A DNA stretch of 64,000 nucleotides, from NCBI GenBank assembly GCA_025449535.1, contig JANWJF010000001.1, forward strand, positions 219,406 through 283,405. The letters run 5' to 3'. Position 1 is the first letter of the stretch. Every line of letters begins with the position of its first letter. The stretch comes from Candidatus Saccharimonadia bacterium. Lineage in GTDB: Bacteria > Patescibacteriota > SICC01. The notes below the pieces were generated by a model that was given only the letters and a program-made list of their open reading frames with translations, was not told the origin of the DNA and made no database searches. The position numbers were made by a program, and so were the translations under genes. This document shows positions 53,901 through 63,658 of the stretch, one piece after another.

Positions 53901-54383
53901 CTAGCAGACGACCCAGGGCTGCGAGCCGTGCTTGGCGTACAGTTCCTGCGCGAACTTGTCCTGTACGCTCGCAGGAGCGTCTCCGGCGCGCTGGTAGCCA
54001 CCATAGCCGCCCCAGGTGCCGTTCAGCACCTGATACGCGCCTGAGGCAGTGCTACTGGGGTTCTGGGCGCGATAATCGCCGCCCGACTCGCGCTGCTTGA
54101 TCACGTCCAGGCCGCAACCGCCTCCGCCACCGCCGGATGACTGTTGGACGGCCGGCTGCGCGACCGCTTCCGGTTCGGGCTGGACCTTCACGACCTTGCG
54201 GACGACGATCGGATCGACCTTCGACGCTTCCACTGCCGCCGGGTTGAGGTCCGGCACGTTGGCGACGAACCCTTGGCTCGCGGCCGCGTCGGCACCGGTG
54301 GACCCGAGACTCAGGACGGCAGCGGCAAGTACCGCTCCGCCGCGGCCTAATTTCGAAATCGTTTTGCTGTGTAGTGTTTTCAT
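53901..54383 (-). CDS. Secreted Rpf/SceD-like lytic transglycosylase
   Basis: Signal peptide; IKQRESGGDY, ASGAYQ...TW, QD..A..LY...G.QPW; AAGGAGG RBS. Confidence 0.9.
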   Translation of the reverse strand: MKTLHSKTISKLGRGGAVLAAAVLSLGSTGADAAASQGFVANVPDLNPAAVEASKVDPIVVRKVVKVQPEPEAVAQPAVQQSSGGGGGGCGLDVIKQRESGGDYRAQNPSSTASGAYQVLNGTWGGYGGYQRAGDAPASVQDKFAQELYAKHGSQPWVVC

Positions 54384-54449
54384 GGAGGGACCTCCTTGAA
54401 ATACGGTTACTGACTAAAAAACGTGTGCTCAAAGCGCACACGAGTGCCA

Positions 54450-54477
54450 ACTTTAGCACAAGGTCCCAGCCTGTCAA
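54450..54477 (-). promoter_or_regulatory. Sigma70-type promoter for the transglycosylase
   Basis: TTGACA-16 nt-TAAAGT with TG extension on the minus strand; AT-rich upstream. Confidence 0.7.
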
Positions 54478-54725
54478 GAAATACGTGTTTTTTGCTTGGT
54501 TTAGATGTTTTTTAATCATTTTACGTATGCCTGGAATAATTTTTCGCTTAAATCGTGCGTGCGGCCTTAAAACACGCCCAATCCGACCCCGCCGGACCCT
54601 CCCGGACTGTGGAGAACTCGCCATACGCAAAAACCAAAAAAGACTTGGATAAGCCAAATATGATGTTTGTTGACAATGCCGGATAATCCCCGATTCCGAC
54701 GGTCGCACGCCGGAGTTGGAGTATG

Positions 54726-54750
54726 AAAAACCCCGCTCAGCGGGGTTTTT
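54726..54750. terminator. Bidirectional intrinsic terminator
   Basis: AAAAACCCCGC-TCA-GCGGGGTTTTT. Confidence 0.85.
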
Positions 54751-54766
54751 CACGTATATACGGGAC

Positions 54767-55141
54767 CTAGGCGCGGGAACGGCGCGTTTCGGGCGCGAAT
54801 CCCACGTACAGCGACGCCAGCGCGATCGCGAGGTGGAGATAGTTGTCCGCCGGGTTCACCGTGATGAAGCCGAGGATCTCCGTGCTGCCGCCGAGGAAGC
54901 CAAGGATGGCGATGATGCCAAAGACGACGCCGAAGACCTGGGCGTACGAGCGGGCGTGGCCCTTCCCGGCCACGGCGGCCACGATGCCGACCAGACCAGC
55001 CAGCAGAAGGACGACGCTGTGGCCCGCGCTCACCGCGAATACGCCCAGCAGCTGCTCATCAGGCGTCAGCGCCGGGATGAAGCCCAGTACGCCGATGACT
55101 GCCAGGACGATGCCGAGCGCCAAGACGAATTGCTTAGCCAT
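54767..55141 (-). CDS. DUF4383-like small membrane protein
   Basis: GVLGFIP, LLGVF.V...H, VNPADNYLHL; GGAGG RBS. Confidence 0.85.
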   Translation of the reverse strand: MAKQFVLALGIVLAVIGVLGFIPALTPDEQLLGVFAVSAGHSVVLLLAGLVGIVAAVAGKGHARSYAQVFGVVFGIIAILGFLGGSTEILGFITVNPADNYLHLAIALASLYVGFAPETRRSRA

Positions 55142-55237
55142 GCGTATCACCTCCTCCCTGTGTGTCTGTGTTCACGTTCAATCTAATCCGGTTTGAGTAT
55201 AGGCCAGGCAGGCCCTTGCCGGTAGTCGACGGGTTCC

Positions 55238-55888
55238 CTACCACCCTCGCTTCGGGTCGGGGATGGTGCCGTCGAACGTCATCCGGTCGTAGACCTGCCG
55301 CGTCAGCTCGACGTCCTTCTTGCAGTACGTGACGATCTCGTCGAGTTTGCCGGCCGCGAAGTAGTCCGCCACCTGCGAGCCGTCGATGTCGTCCTTAGAG
55401 GTCGGCAGGCCCAAGGCCACGGACAGCGCGTGCAAGCTGACGTTGGTACGCCCCCAGCCGGTCCACTCGTGCATGGTGTCGTAGGCGGAGTTGCTGCGAT
55501 ACCGGGCAAGGTTCGGCATCACGCTCGGTCGTACGCCGAGAATCCGCGAGCGCTTGATCACGAATGGCAGGTCGAAGTCGAAGACGTTGTGTCCGATAAA
55601 TAGGGTGTCCGGCGTCGCCTGGGCCCAGAAGCCTTCCAGGATCGACCGCTCGTCGCCGGCCAGCGCCTGGACCTCCTGGTCATCGATGGCGTACGCCAAG
55701 CAGCAGATCCGGCCGAAGCTGCCGTCCAGGCTGGTCATGCGCAGGTAGGCCGAGAAGCTCTGCGGCGTTTGCGTGCTGCCTCGGGTGGCCTTCTTGGCCT
55801 TCTTCAACTCGTAGAGCTCTTTCAGGCGCGGCTCCAGCTGTTTGGGCGCGGGGATGGTCTCGATGTCGAAGAACAGTTTGCGGGGCAT
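55238..55888 (-). CDS. PolB/DnaQ-related 3'-5' exonuclease
   Basis: FFDIET, GHNVFDFDLPF, DTM, YCKKDV. Confidence 0.9.
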   Translation of the reverse strand: MPRKLFFDIETIPAPKQLEPRLKELYELKKAKKATRGSTQTPQSFSAYLRMTSLDGSFGRICCLAYAIDDQEVQALAGDERSILEGFWAQATPDTLFIGHNVFDFDLPFVIKRSRILGVRPSVMPNLARYRSNSAYDTMHEWTGWGRTNVSLHALSVALGLPTSKDDIDGSQVADYFAAGKLDEIVTYCKKDVELTRQVYDRMTFDGTIPDPKRGW

Positions 55889-55964
55889 GTCTCAAGTATA
55901 CGGGCTTGAAACAAAACCGGCGCCCCTCGCGGAGCGCCGGCTCAAAAGTCTTACGTGCCCGAGC

Positions 55965-56393
55965 TTACTTCTTTTCTTCCTTGTTCTGCTCGTTGATCGC
56001 CTTGGTGACCGGGCTATCCTCGCTCAACTCCTCCCAGACCGCGATCTGCTCAGAATGGATCTTCATCGCGCCGACCGGCTGGTACAGCGCCTTGTCCCGG
56101 GCTACCAGCGACAGCTGCGGGGTCGCCTGCTTGCCATCCTGGCCCTGTCCGGCCGCGTTCTGGATCGTATAGGCGTTGTCCAGCGTCACGTACTTGTTGC
56201 CAAGGCCGCTGAGCTGGCCGTAGAAGGTCGCGCCGTTGTTCAGCGTCACCGCCTGATAACGGTCATTGTCAGGGGTACCGCCACCGTAATCGCCGAATAC
56301 GCCAAACGTGGTCACGCCCGCCAGTACGATCAACGAGACCGCGATCGCCATAATCGCCCCCCGGGTGCTGATGTCCTTTATGTCTTCCGCCAT
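55965..56393 (-). CDS. Membrane-anchored protein, paralog of 42510-42929
   Basis: YQAVTLNNGATFYGQLSGLG..YVTL..AY, WEEL..DS.V.K.I. Confidence 0.85.
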   Translation of the reverse strand: MAEDIKDISTRGAIMAIAVSLIVLAGVTTFGVFGDYGGGTPDNDRYQAVTLNNGATFYGQLSGLGNKYVTLDNAYTIQNAAGQGQDGKQATPQLSLVARDKALYQPVGAMKIHSEQIAVWEELSEDSPVTKAINEQNKEEKK

Positions 56394-56470
56394 GAGCCCT
56401 CCTCTTTTCGTGTGAGTTTTGGTAATTCCGCTATTGTTTGTACCAGCTTAGCCAGGCAGGCGCAAGTCGG

Positions 56471-56593
56471 TCAGTCCCGGTGTTTACGCAGGCGGCGGAG
56501 CAGCAGGAGCGGGAGGGCCAGGATCACCCAGAACAGGCCCGCTTTCGCGACGGTGCCCTTGTTCTCTTCCTTTTCCGTGACGAGTCGGCCCAT
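56471..56593 (-). CDS. 40-aa single-TM miniprotein
   Basis: Hand translation MGRLVTEKEENKGTVAKAGLFWVILALPLLLLRRLRKHRD; AGGGG RBS just after the SPFH stop. Confidence 0.6.
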   Translation of the reverse strand: MGRLVTEKEENKGTVAKAGLFWVILALPLLLLRRLRKHRD

Positions 56594-56604
56594 ATGCCCC
56601 TATC

Positions 56605-57168
56605 TTAGACGCGGCTCGCGGTCTTAACCACCTGCGACAGCAGCACGTCCTCGATGATGATGCCCTTCTCCTTGAAGCTCTTGCCGAGCTCGTGCTTGAT
56701 CTCGCTCTCGATCTTGTCGCGGTCCTTGCCGGCGATGTCCAGCGACTCGTGCCGGCTGGCTACCACGCGGATCCGCGAACGCGTGATCGGGCGGATGATC
56801 TTCTCCACGTAGTCCTCGCCGATCTCTTGCCAGACCCGCGGCACCTCGTTCTCGTCCAGGCGGAAGAGGATCGTGCCCTGGAGCTCGACGTTATCGCCGT
56901 CGGCTTCCTTGGCATGGATCGCCTCGTCGCCCATCTGGGTGGGGTCGGCCAGGTCGAAACCTTTCTTGATCTGATACTCGAGCGTCTGGACGTTGAACAG
57001 CTTCGCCTTCTGCCAGAACGGGACCTTCAGATGGAGGCCCGGCTTCCAGACCTTCTTGAGCACACCGCGACCTCGATCGTAGACGCAGGCCACGTGTCCG
57101 GGCGGGACCGAGATGAAGAGTCCCAGGAGGACGTCATCAAGCAGGAATGATACGACTAACTTGTTCAT
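56605..57168 (-). CDS. SPFH/prohibitin domain protein (short)
   Basis: VPPGHV, PGLHLKVPFWQ, IG.DY...IIRP..RS.IR, GIIIEDVLL. Confidence 0.9.
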   Translation of the reverse strand: MNKLVVSFLLDDVLLGLFISVPPGHVACVYDRGRGVLKKVWKPGLHLKVPFWQKAKLFNVQTLEYQIKKGFDLADPTQMGDEAIHAKEADGDNVELQGTILFRLDENEVPRVWQEIGEDYVEKIIRPITRSRIRVVASRHESLDIAGKDRDKIESEIKHELGKSFKEKGIIIEDVLLSQVVKTASRV

Positions 57169-57237
57169 GCGGAGTCTCGCAAGGACTTAGTATACGCCCT
57201 TCGCGGCGTATGGCAAGTTTTTGCCTTTGTTATGGGA

Positions 57238-57948
57238 TTACTCAGGATCCGCGCCCAGGCTCGGCTCCACCCGGAAGACGTACTTCCCCACCAGGAAGAA
57301 CCCGACCGAGAACAATATCGAGACCAGCAAGAACAGCGACTTCGCCGAGGGCAGCAGGAGCAACACGCCGAAGACGAACAGCGGCAGGACGATCACGTAC
57401 CAGACGTCGGAGAGCTTGGCCCCGGGCTCGGGCTCGGGCGTGGTCAGCCAGAGCAGCACGTACAGCGCGCCGGCCGTGACCAGCGGCAGCCACCAGTTGC
57501 GCTCGGCCAGGTCGAACAGGCCGAAGAAAGTCGTGTCGATCCGGCCGTCGACCTGGAAGTACGCCAGCTCCGAGGGGTCGTGATGGAGGCCGGACTGGAA
57601 CACCTGGAAGAGGATCGCCAGGAAGATGACCTGGGCCAGGAGGACCATCGCCGTGGCGTAGATGTTGATGCGATGCTGCTTGAGCAGCTTCTTAGTGAGC
57701 GAACGGCGCCGGCCGACCTCGGGCATCCGCCGGAGCTTCTCCAACTGGGGGCGGAGTTCCTCGACCCTACGGGCGGAGGAGGAGCCGACCAGCGAGGCCG
57801 GCAGCAGCGCTACCCGGATCAGGAGCGCCAGGTAGATAATCGTCAGGCCCATGTCCCGTCCCGGCAGCGTCTGGTATGTGAAGACGACCAGGTTATAGAC
57901 CGGCCGGTACAGCAGGTCGTAATAGATGAAGTGGAAGAAGTCGAGCAT
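57238..57948 (-). CDS. yidC: YidC/Oxa1 family membrane insertase (short form)
   Basis: LYRPVYN, DMGLTII.L.LLIR..LLP, LRPQL. Confidence 0.82.
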   Translation of the reverse strand: MLDFFHFIYYDLLYRPVYNLVVFTYQTLPGRDMGLTIIYLALLIRVALLPASLVGSSSARRVEELRPQLEKLRRMPEVGRRRSLTKKLLKQHRINIYATAMVLLAQVIFLAILFQVFQSGLHHDPSELAYFQVDGRIDTTFFGLFDLAERNWWLPLVTAGALYVLLWLTTPEPEPGAKLSDVWYVIVLPLFVFGVLLLLPSAKSLFLLVSILFSVGFFLVGKYVFRVEPSLGADPE

Positions 57949-57949
57949 G

Positions 57950-60004
57950 TCAGTCGTGCACGGGTTTGAACGTCAAATCATACACGAGATCGCCACGCGC
58001 CGTGCCGGTCAGGACGATCCGCCGGCCTTCCACCGTCGCGTCGTCACGGCCGTCCCAGACGTAGCCGTCCGGGAGGACGACCGTGGTGCGCACCTTCACC
58101 GTGGCGCCGGCCTGGGAGATGTAGCGAAGCGGCATCCTGCCCTGGTCGAGGTCCAACTTGCCCCGCCGGAAGTCCGCGGCGTACGACGTCGTGCCGAACC
58201 GGGGTACGTCCGTCCAGCCGCCGAGCACAGCGCCCCACTCCGGGGCCTCGTCGGTGAGTTCGCTGGCGTTCCAGCCGTCGGTCTCCGCGACCTCGCTGCC
58301 CGGCGGTAGGTACAGCCGTGCGTAGTTGAGGTTGTCGTGGGTCTCGGTCTCGCCGGAATGGGTCCGCTCCACCGCGACCGACTCGGTGACGGTGCCGCCC
58401 TCCGCGACCTCGACCGTCCGGTCCAGCGTCGTCGAGATGTCACGGCTGGACTTGAACCCGGCGATGTTCGCGTCGATCAGGCTGAGCGCCCCTTCGTACG
58501 CGCGGTGGGCCCCGGACGCCTTGGCCGTACCGAGCAGGGCTTCCTGCCGCTCGCGGTCGAAGTAGACCTGGATGTCGCCGCTCTTGGCCGCCTTCGTCAC
58601 GACGGCCAGGGCCTGGCTACGCTTCGCGTCCGGCGCGGAAGCCAGCTTCTTCAGCAAGGCCGGCAGGAAGTCACGGAGAATCTTCTTGGGGTCTTCGTCC
58701 GAGACGACGCGGCGTTCCTTCTGGTCGTCCTGGATGGTCGTCTGGAAATTGTCCGCGGTCAGGGTGTAGCCGTACTCCGACAACTCCACCGGCCCGAGGA
58801 TGCGCAGCATGTCTTCGACCGGCGTGACGGTGAGGGCGATTACCCCGTCAGTGGTGCTGCGACCGCCCTGTTCGTAGAAGTCCTGGAACCGTTTGGCGGC
58901 CGTCGGGAAGTCCGGCGACCAGTTGGCGTCCTGCAGGCCCCAGACCGGCGGATCCTGCTCGGCGAACCGGAGAAACGGGATGGGCGGCGGTTCGTCGACC
59001 GTCCGGTTGGCCTGGTTCGCCACGTTATAGATGGACTCCACCTTGAGGTCCTTCACCGCGCCGCGGTCCAGCGTCAGCTCGCCCAAGGTGCCGATGAACC
59101 CGCCGGTCGGGCGCAGCTCGGCCGGGTTCTGGAACCAGAGCAGGTACCGGCGGAACTCGCGCTCGCCGAGGATATCCGGAAGCTGGTCCACCGCCTCGCC
59201 GCCGGAAGCCAGGGCCTTCCGGGCGTCCGGCAGCAAGCGCTGGAACTCGCTGCCCGCCTCCCGGAGCTGAGGCAGGCCGCTGCCGGCGGCACGGCTGGAC
59301 AGGGCATCGAGGAGGTCGAGTTGGCGGTCCAGCTCGGAGAAACCCTCCTTGAGGGCCGGGACCCGGTCGTTGAGGATCCGACCGGTGGCATAGAAGCCGT
59401 CCTCGTGGCGCGAGGCCGCGTCGGGGATCGTCCGCACGTCCCGGACGAGGCCGCGGGCCGTCCCGACGAACCGTTCCCCGGTCGCCAGGAGTTCCACCGC
59501 CACCGTGCGGTCTCCGACGACGCGGCTGAACGGCACCCCGCCCTGCTGGCCGAGCGAGGCCACCGAGCGGTTGGCGTCGTGCAGGGAGTGCTGGGCCACG
59601 CCGAGGTCATCCTCGGCGGCGACCAGGTCGCCCTTGGCGAAGGCCTCGCGGGCCGAGTCGAGCGCCTCGCGGGCCACCGAGATCCGGGCGGTCACGTCGC
59701 CCTGGACGTCCTTGCCTTCCCCGCTGACCTGGGCGGCGAGGCCGACGACCAGCGCGACAGCGAGGGCGCCGCGGGCCAGCAGCTTCCAGCCAGGCGTCGG
59801 CCGGGCGCTCCGGCGGCGCTCCGGCGGCGCGGGCGGCGCTCCGGCGGCGCGGACCTTCGTCTCGGACAGCTTAGGTTCCTGACGCCGGTATCGGACGGTA
59901 CCGGCGCCGTCCAACCGGATGGCGTCGTCATGCCGCTTCCGCGGGGCCTTTCCCGAGGAGGGCTTCGCGTCGGACTTTGAGCGGATGTCGTCTCTGAGCG
60001 TCAT
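57950..60004 (-). CDS. DUF4012 domain protein
   Basis: YLLWFQNPAELRPTGGFIG, DANWSPDFP, DGVIA, DANIAG.KS. Confidence 0.92.
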   Translation of the reverse strand: MTLRDDIRSKSDAKPSSGKAPRKRHDDAIRLDGAGTVRYRRQEPKLSETKVRAAGAPPAPPERRRSARPTPGWKLLARGALAVALVVGLAAQVSGEGKDVQGDVTARISVAREALDSAREAFAKGDLVAAEDDLGVAQHSLHDANRSVASLGQQGGVPFSRVVGDRTVAVELLATGERFVGTARGLVRDVRTIPDAASRHEDGFYATGRILNDRVPALKEGFSELDRQLDLLDALSSRAAGSGLPQLREAGSEFQRLLPDARKALASGGEAVDQLPDILGEREFRRYLLWFQNPAELRPTGGFIGTLGELTLDRGAVKDLKVESIYNVANQANRTVDEPPPIPFLRFAEQDPPVWGLQDANWSPDFPTAAKRFQDFYEQGGRSTTDGVIALTVTPVEDMLRILGPVELSEYGYTLTADNFQTTIQDDQKERRVVSDEDPKKILRDFLPALLKKLASAPDAKRSQALAVVTKAAKSGDIQVYFDRERQEALLGTAKASGAHRAYEGALSLIDANIAGFKSSRDISTTLDRTVEVAEGGTVTESVAVERTHSGETETHDNLNYARLYLPPGSEVAETDGWNASELTDEAPEWGAVLGGWTDVPRFGTTSYAADFRRGKLDLDQGRMPLRYISQAGATVKVRTTVVLPDGYVWDGRDDATVEGRRIVLTGTARGDLVYDLTFKPVHD

Positions 60005-61125
60005 GATTCCTGGGCGGCTTCCTTAATCAAGCGGTACGTCCCGGCGGCGGCGCGTGACCAGCGGAACCGGCCGAGCCTGGATTTCCCCTTGGCGGCCAGC
60101 CGCCGGCGCAGCGCCGGGCTCCGTTCCAAGCGTAGCAGTTCGCGGGCGACCGCGGCAGCGGAACCGACGCGAAGGGCGCCCGGCCCAACGGTCTCGTCGA
60201 AGATGCGGAGCGGCGACACCAGTCCCGGCGTCCCGCAGGCCAGCGACTCGAGCGGCGGAAACCCGAAGCCCTCCTGGCGGGATACCAGGGCCGTCGCCAG
60301 CGCCTCCCCGTACAAGCCCGGCTTGTCCCCGGCGGGGACGTAGCCGAGTACCTTGGCGCCGGCGGCTCGGGCGACGTCGAACCGCCTCCGCCACGGCGCC
60401 GGCGGCTCCGGTCCGACCATGATGAGGTCGGCCTTGAGCCCCCGTTTTTTCGCCGATTGGTATCCGTCGAGCAGCCGGGGGAGGTTCTTCCGAGGTTCGT
60501 ACGCGCCGACGTACAGGAAGTACTCCCCGGGCAACCCGTACTTACGACGAACCCGACGGCGTTCGGCGGCGGTCGGAGACCGGAGCGCCGGGTCGATCCC
60601 GGGGTGGACGGCCGAGACCTTCGCCGAGGGTACGCCGTACCAGCGGACCAACTCCCGGCGCGACTCCACGGAGACCGTGATTACCCGCCCGGCGGCGCCG
60701 ACCAGGCGGCGCGGACGCACCCCGGCGTGCCAGAGCCGTTCCTTGCGGGTATAGAGTTCCGGCGACCGCTCGAACGAGAGATCGTGTACCGTGAGGACCA
60801 ACGGCGTCTTCCCGAGCCGCGGCAGGAAGCCGAGGTTCGGCATGAAGAACGCGTCGACCGGCCCGAGCAGGCGACGCAGCGAGGGTCGGCCGGCCATGGC
60901 GAGCGACGCGTTCATGAGTTTGTTGGGGACGCGGACGTGGCGGACCTCCACGTTCCGCTTCCGAAGCGGCGACCCGGGACGCCAGGCGCGGCGGCCAGTC
61001 TGGAGCAGCACCCAGGTATCCTCCGGGTACCGCGCGATCAGCTCGCCGACCAGTTGCTCGGCGTAGTGGCCGACCCCGCGTCCGGTCGGCGAGGCGAACG
61101 GGCGGGCATCAACGCCGATCCGCAT
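60001..61125 (-). CDS. GT4 glycosyltransferase
   Basis: MRIGVDAR, TVHDL, EPRKNL, EGFGFPPLE. Confidence 0.94.
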   Translation of the reverse strand: MRIGVDARPFASPTGRGVGHYAEQLVGELIARYPEDTWVLLQTGRRAWRPGSPLRKRNVEVRHVRVPNKLMNASLAMAGRPSLRRLLGPVDAFFMPNLGFLPRLGKTPLVLTVHDLSFERSPELYTRKERLWHAGVRPRRLVGAAGRVITVSVESRRELVRWYGVPSAKVSAVHPGIDPALRSPTAAERRRVRRKYGLPGEYFLYVGAYEPRKNLPRLLDGYQSAKKRGLKADLIMVGPEPPAPWRRRFDVARAAGAKVLGYVPAGDKPGLYGEALATALVSRQEGFGFPPLESLACGTPGLVSPLRIFDETVGPGALRVGSAAAVARELLRLERSPALRRRLAAKGKSRLGRFRWSRAAAGTYRLIKEAAQES

Positions 61126-62242
61126 GGCGCCTGGGCCCTTGGTCGGACGCTTGGTAGGTCCGGTGGACGTGCTCCCGTAACCGGGCGCGGAACCGGCTCG
61201 CCGAGAAATCCTTGGAACGCTCGAGCAGGTCGGCCGGGCGGTACCGCTCCGACTTGAACGTGCGAAGCGCCGCGGCGACCACGTCCGGTGTCTGCTTGTC
61301 GAAGAACGCGCCGGTCTTGGCCGTGACGATCTCCCTGGCGCCGCCTTCGCGGAACGCGATTACAGGGGTACCGGAGGCCAGCGCCTCCACCACCGTGATC
61401 CCGAAGTCCTCTTCCTGCGGGTTGACCAGCGCTCGCGCCTCTGCGAACAGCTGCTTCCGCTTGGCATCGGAGACCCGTCCCGTGAACTCCACCGTCGGTC
61501 CGGCCAGTTTTTCCAAACGGGCACGGTCGGTGCCGTTCCCCATCACGATGAGTCGGATGCCAAGCCGGTTCGCGGCCTCGATCACGACGTCGCAGCGCTT
61601 GTACGGCTCCAGGCGGCCGGCCAGCAGGAAGTAGTCGCGGCGCTTGGCCGTCGGTCCGAACTTGGACGAGTCCACCGGGGGATGGATCACCGCCGCCGGG
61701 CGGCCGTAGTACCGCTTGATCCGGTCCGCTACGTATCGCGAGTTCGCGACGTAGTCGTCGACGCCGCGGGCGGCCCGCAGGTCCTTCTTCCGGAGCCGGC
61801 CGAGGAGCGCCCGAAAGGCGGATTTCAGGAAACCCGGATACCCCGTCTCGCGAATGTAGCGGTCCGCGTCGCTCCAGAGATACCGGGTCGGCGTGTGACA
61901 GTAGCAGACGTGCAGCGTGTCCGACCCGGTCCGGACGGACTTCGCCCAGGCCGAGGCCGAGGAGACCACCACGTCGTACTCCGATAGGTCGAACCGCCGG
62001 AAGGCGCCGTCCAGCAGTAGCATCGTCCATTTGTAGAACCGCCGCGCCAACGGGAGACGTTGCAGATAGCTCGTCCGGATGTCCTTACCGCGGAAGTCGG
62101 GTCCCATCTTCCGCGGGTCGAAGTACGCCGTGTAGACCGGTGCGTCCGGCCAGGTCCGCATCAGCTCACGGAGCACCTGCTCCGCCCCGCCGTCCTGGAC
62201 GAGGTGGTCGTGGACGAGCGCGACCCTGGGCTTCCGCCCCAT
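61109..62242 (-). CDS. GT4 glycosyltransferase (WbaZ-like)
   Basis: VALVHD.L...GGAE, YCHTPTRYLW, RL.PYKR, EDFGI..VEA. Confidence 0.94.
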   Translation of the reverse strand: MGRKPRVALVHDHLVQDGGAEQVLRELMRTWPDAPVYTAYFDPRKMGPDFRGKDIRTSYLQRLPLARRFYKWTMLLLDGAFRRFDLSEYDVVVSSASAWAKSVRTGSDTLHVCYCHTPTRYLWSDADRYIRETGYPGFLKSAFRALLGRLRKKDLRAARGVDDYVANSRYVADRIKRYYGRPAAVIHPPVDSSKFGPTAKRRDYFLLAGRLEPYKRCDVVIEAANRLGIRLIVMGNGTDRARLEKLAGPTVEFTGRVSDAKRKQLFAEARALVNPQEEDFGITVVEALASGTPVIAFREGGAREIVTAKTGAFFDKQTPDVVAAALRTFKSERYRPADLLERSKDFSASRFRARLREHVHRTYQASDQGPRRHADRR

Positions 62243-62245
62243 GGG

Positions 62246-63646
62246 TTAGTAAGCGCCTTTCCGGCTAAATACCACCCGGATCGTCTTGAGCAGGATCGTC
62301 AGGTCTAGCAACAGCGACCAGTGCTGGATGTAGTAGAGGTCGAGGCGCATCCACTCGTCAAATCCGATGTCGCTCCGCCCGGCGACCTGCCACGGGCCGG
62401 TGATGCCCGGCTTGATCGTCAGACGGCGGCGCTGCTGGCGGTTGTACTGCTTGACCTCATGAGGAAGCGGTGGGCGCGGCCCGACCAGGCTCATGTCGCC
62501 CTTGAGCACGTTCAGAACCTGAGGAAGTTCGTCCAAACTGGTCTTCCGAAGCATGCGTCCCACCTTCGTCACCCGGGGATCATCCTTCATCTTGAAGACT
62601 GGACCGCTGACTTCATTGTGCTTAAGAAGACGCTTAGGAGGTTTCGATGTGCGCCACTGGGTCATGCTTCGGAATTTATGGTAGTTGAACAGCTGGCCCT
62701 GCCGACCAACCCGCTTTTGAGGCAATAAAACGGGTCCCGGAGAATCCAGCTTGATCGCCAGTGCGATAAACGGATACAGCAGCAGGAAGAACGGCAGGAT
62801 CAGGATGCCGCCGACCAGGTCGAACGCCCGCTTGCCGATCCGGCCCCAACCCTCGAGCGGGGTCCGGAGAAGGGTCATCAGCGGGATGCCGCCGACCGCC
62901 GCCACGCCGACCCGAGCCGTCGCCAATTCCGGCGTGCTCGGCACGAACCGGAAGTCGGTATGGGTGTCTTCGGTGGCCCCCATGATCGCTAGTTTCTGGC
63001 CGCCGGACAGATTCGGGTCGGCGTCGATCAGCTCGTCCGGCCGGTACCGCTCCAAAATCGAGGGAACGTCCCGCAGCCGGCCGATGACGCCCTTGCCCTT
63101 CGGACCCGGCTTCGTGGCCACGAAGCCGAGAATCTGGTACCCGCGGCCTTGGCGGGTCAGCTCCCGGGCCAGCGTCTTCGCGTGGGAACCAGTGCCGATC
63201 ACGACCGCCCGGCGCACGCCGATGCCGTACCGGAACAGTCCCTGCTGGACCAACCGGACCACACCGCGGACCAGGCCGAGCAGGACGATCGCCGCCAGGA
63301 ATCCGAACAACACCACGAACCGCGAGAAGAAGTCGACCCGGAGGAAGAAGATCAACGCGACGATCGAGAGCGTGCCGACGAACGACCCGGCCACGATCTT
63401 GGCGAACTCCGTCATCCCGCGTCGGTTACTGCGCAGCCGGTACAGGCCGAGCAGCGCGAAGATCACCAGCCAGAGGAGCGTCGCGGCGGCGGCGAACAGT
63501 GCGTAGTCGCCGGTGGGCAGGACATATTTGACCGGCAGGGCGCCGGATTCCACCCGGACGTAGTACGAAAGCATGAACGCGCCGTAGACCGCGGCGGCGT
63601 CCAGCGGCACCAGGAGGGCGGATATGGCAAGTTCGGAGCGTTTCAT
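62246..63646 (-). CDS. Polyprenyl-phosphate sugar phosphotransferase (WcaJ-like)
   Basis: KRAFD, KFRSM, DPRVT..G..LRKTSLDELPQ, MSLVGPRP, KPGITG.WQV.GRS. Confidence 0.96.
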   Translation of the reverse strand: MKRSELAISALLVPLDAAAVYGAFMLSYYVRVESGALPVKYVLPTGDYALFAAAATLLWLVIFALLGLYRLRSNRRGMTEFAKIVAGSFVGTLSIVALIFFLRVDFFSRFVVLFGFLAAIVLLGLVRGVVRLVQQGLFRYGIGVRRAVVIGTGSHAKTLARELTRQGRGYQILGFVATKPGPKGKGVIGRLRDVPSILERYRPDELIDADPNLSGGQKLAIMGATEDTHTDFRFVPSTPELATARVGVAAVGGIPLMTLLRTPLEGWGRIGKRAFDLVGGILILPFFLLLYPFIALAIKLDSPGPVLLPQKRVGRQGQLFNYHKFRSMTQWRTSKPPKRLLKHNEVSGPVFKMKDDPRVTKVGRMLRKTSLDELPQVLNVLKGDMSLVGPRPPLPHEVKQYNRQQRRRLTIKPGITGPWQVAGRSDIGFDEWMRLDLYYIQHWSLLLDLTILLKTIRVVFSRKGAY

Positions 63647-63658
63647 GTTTATTCCAGC

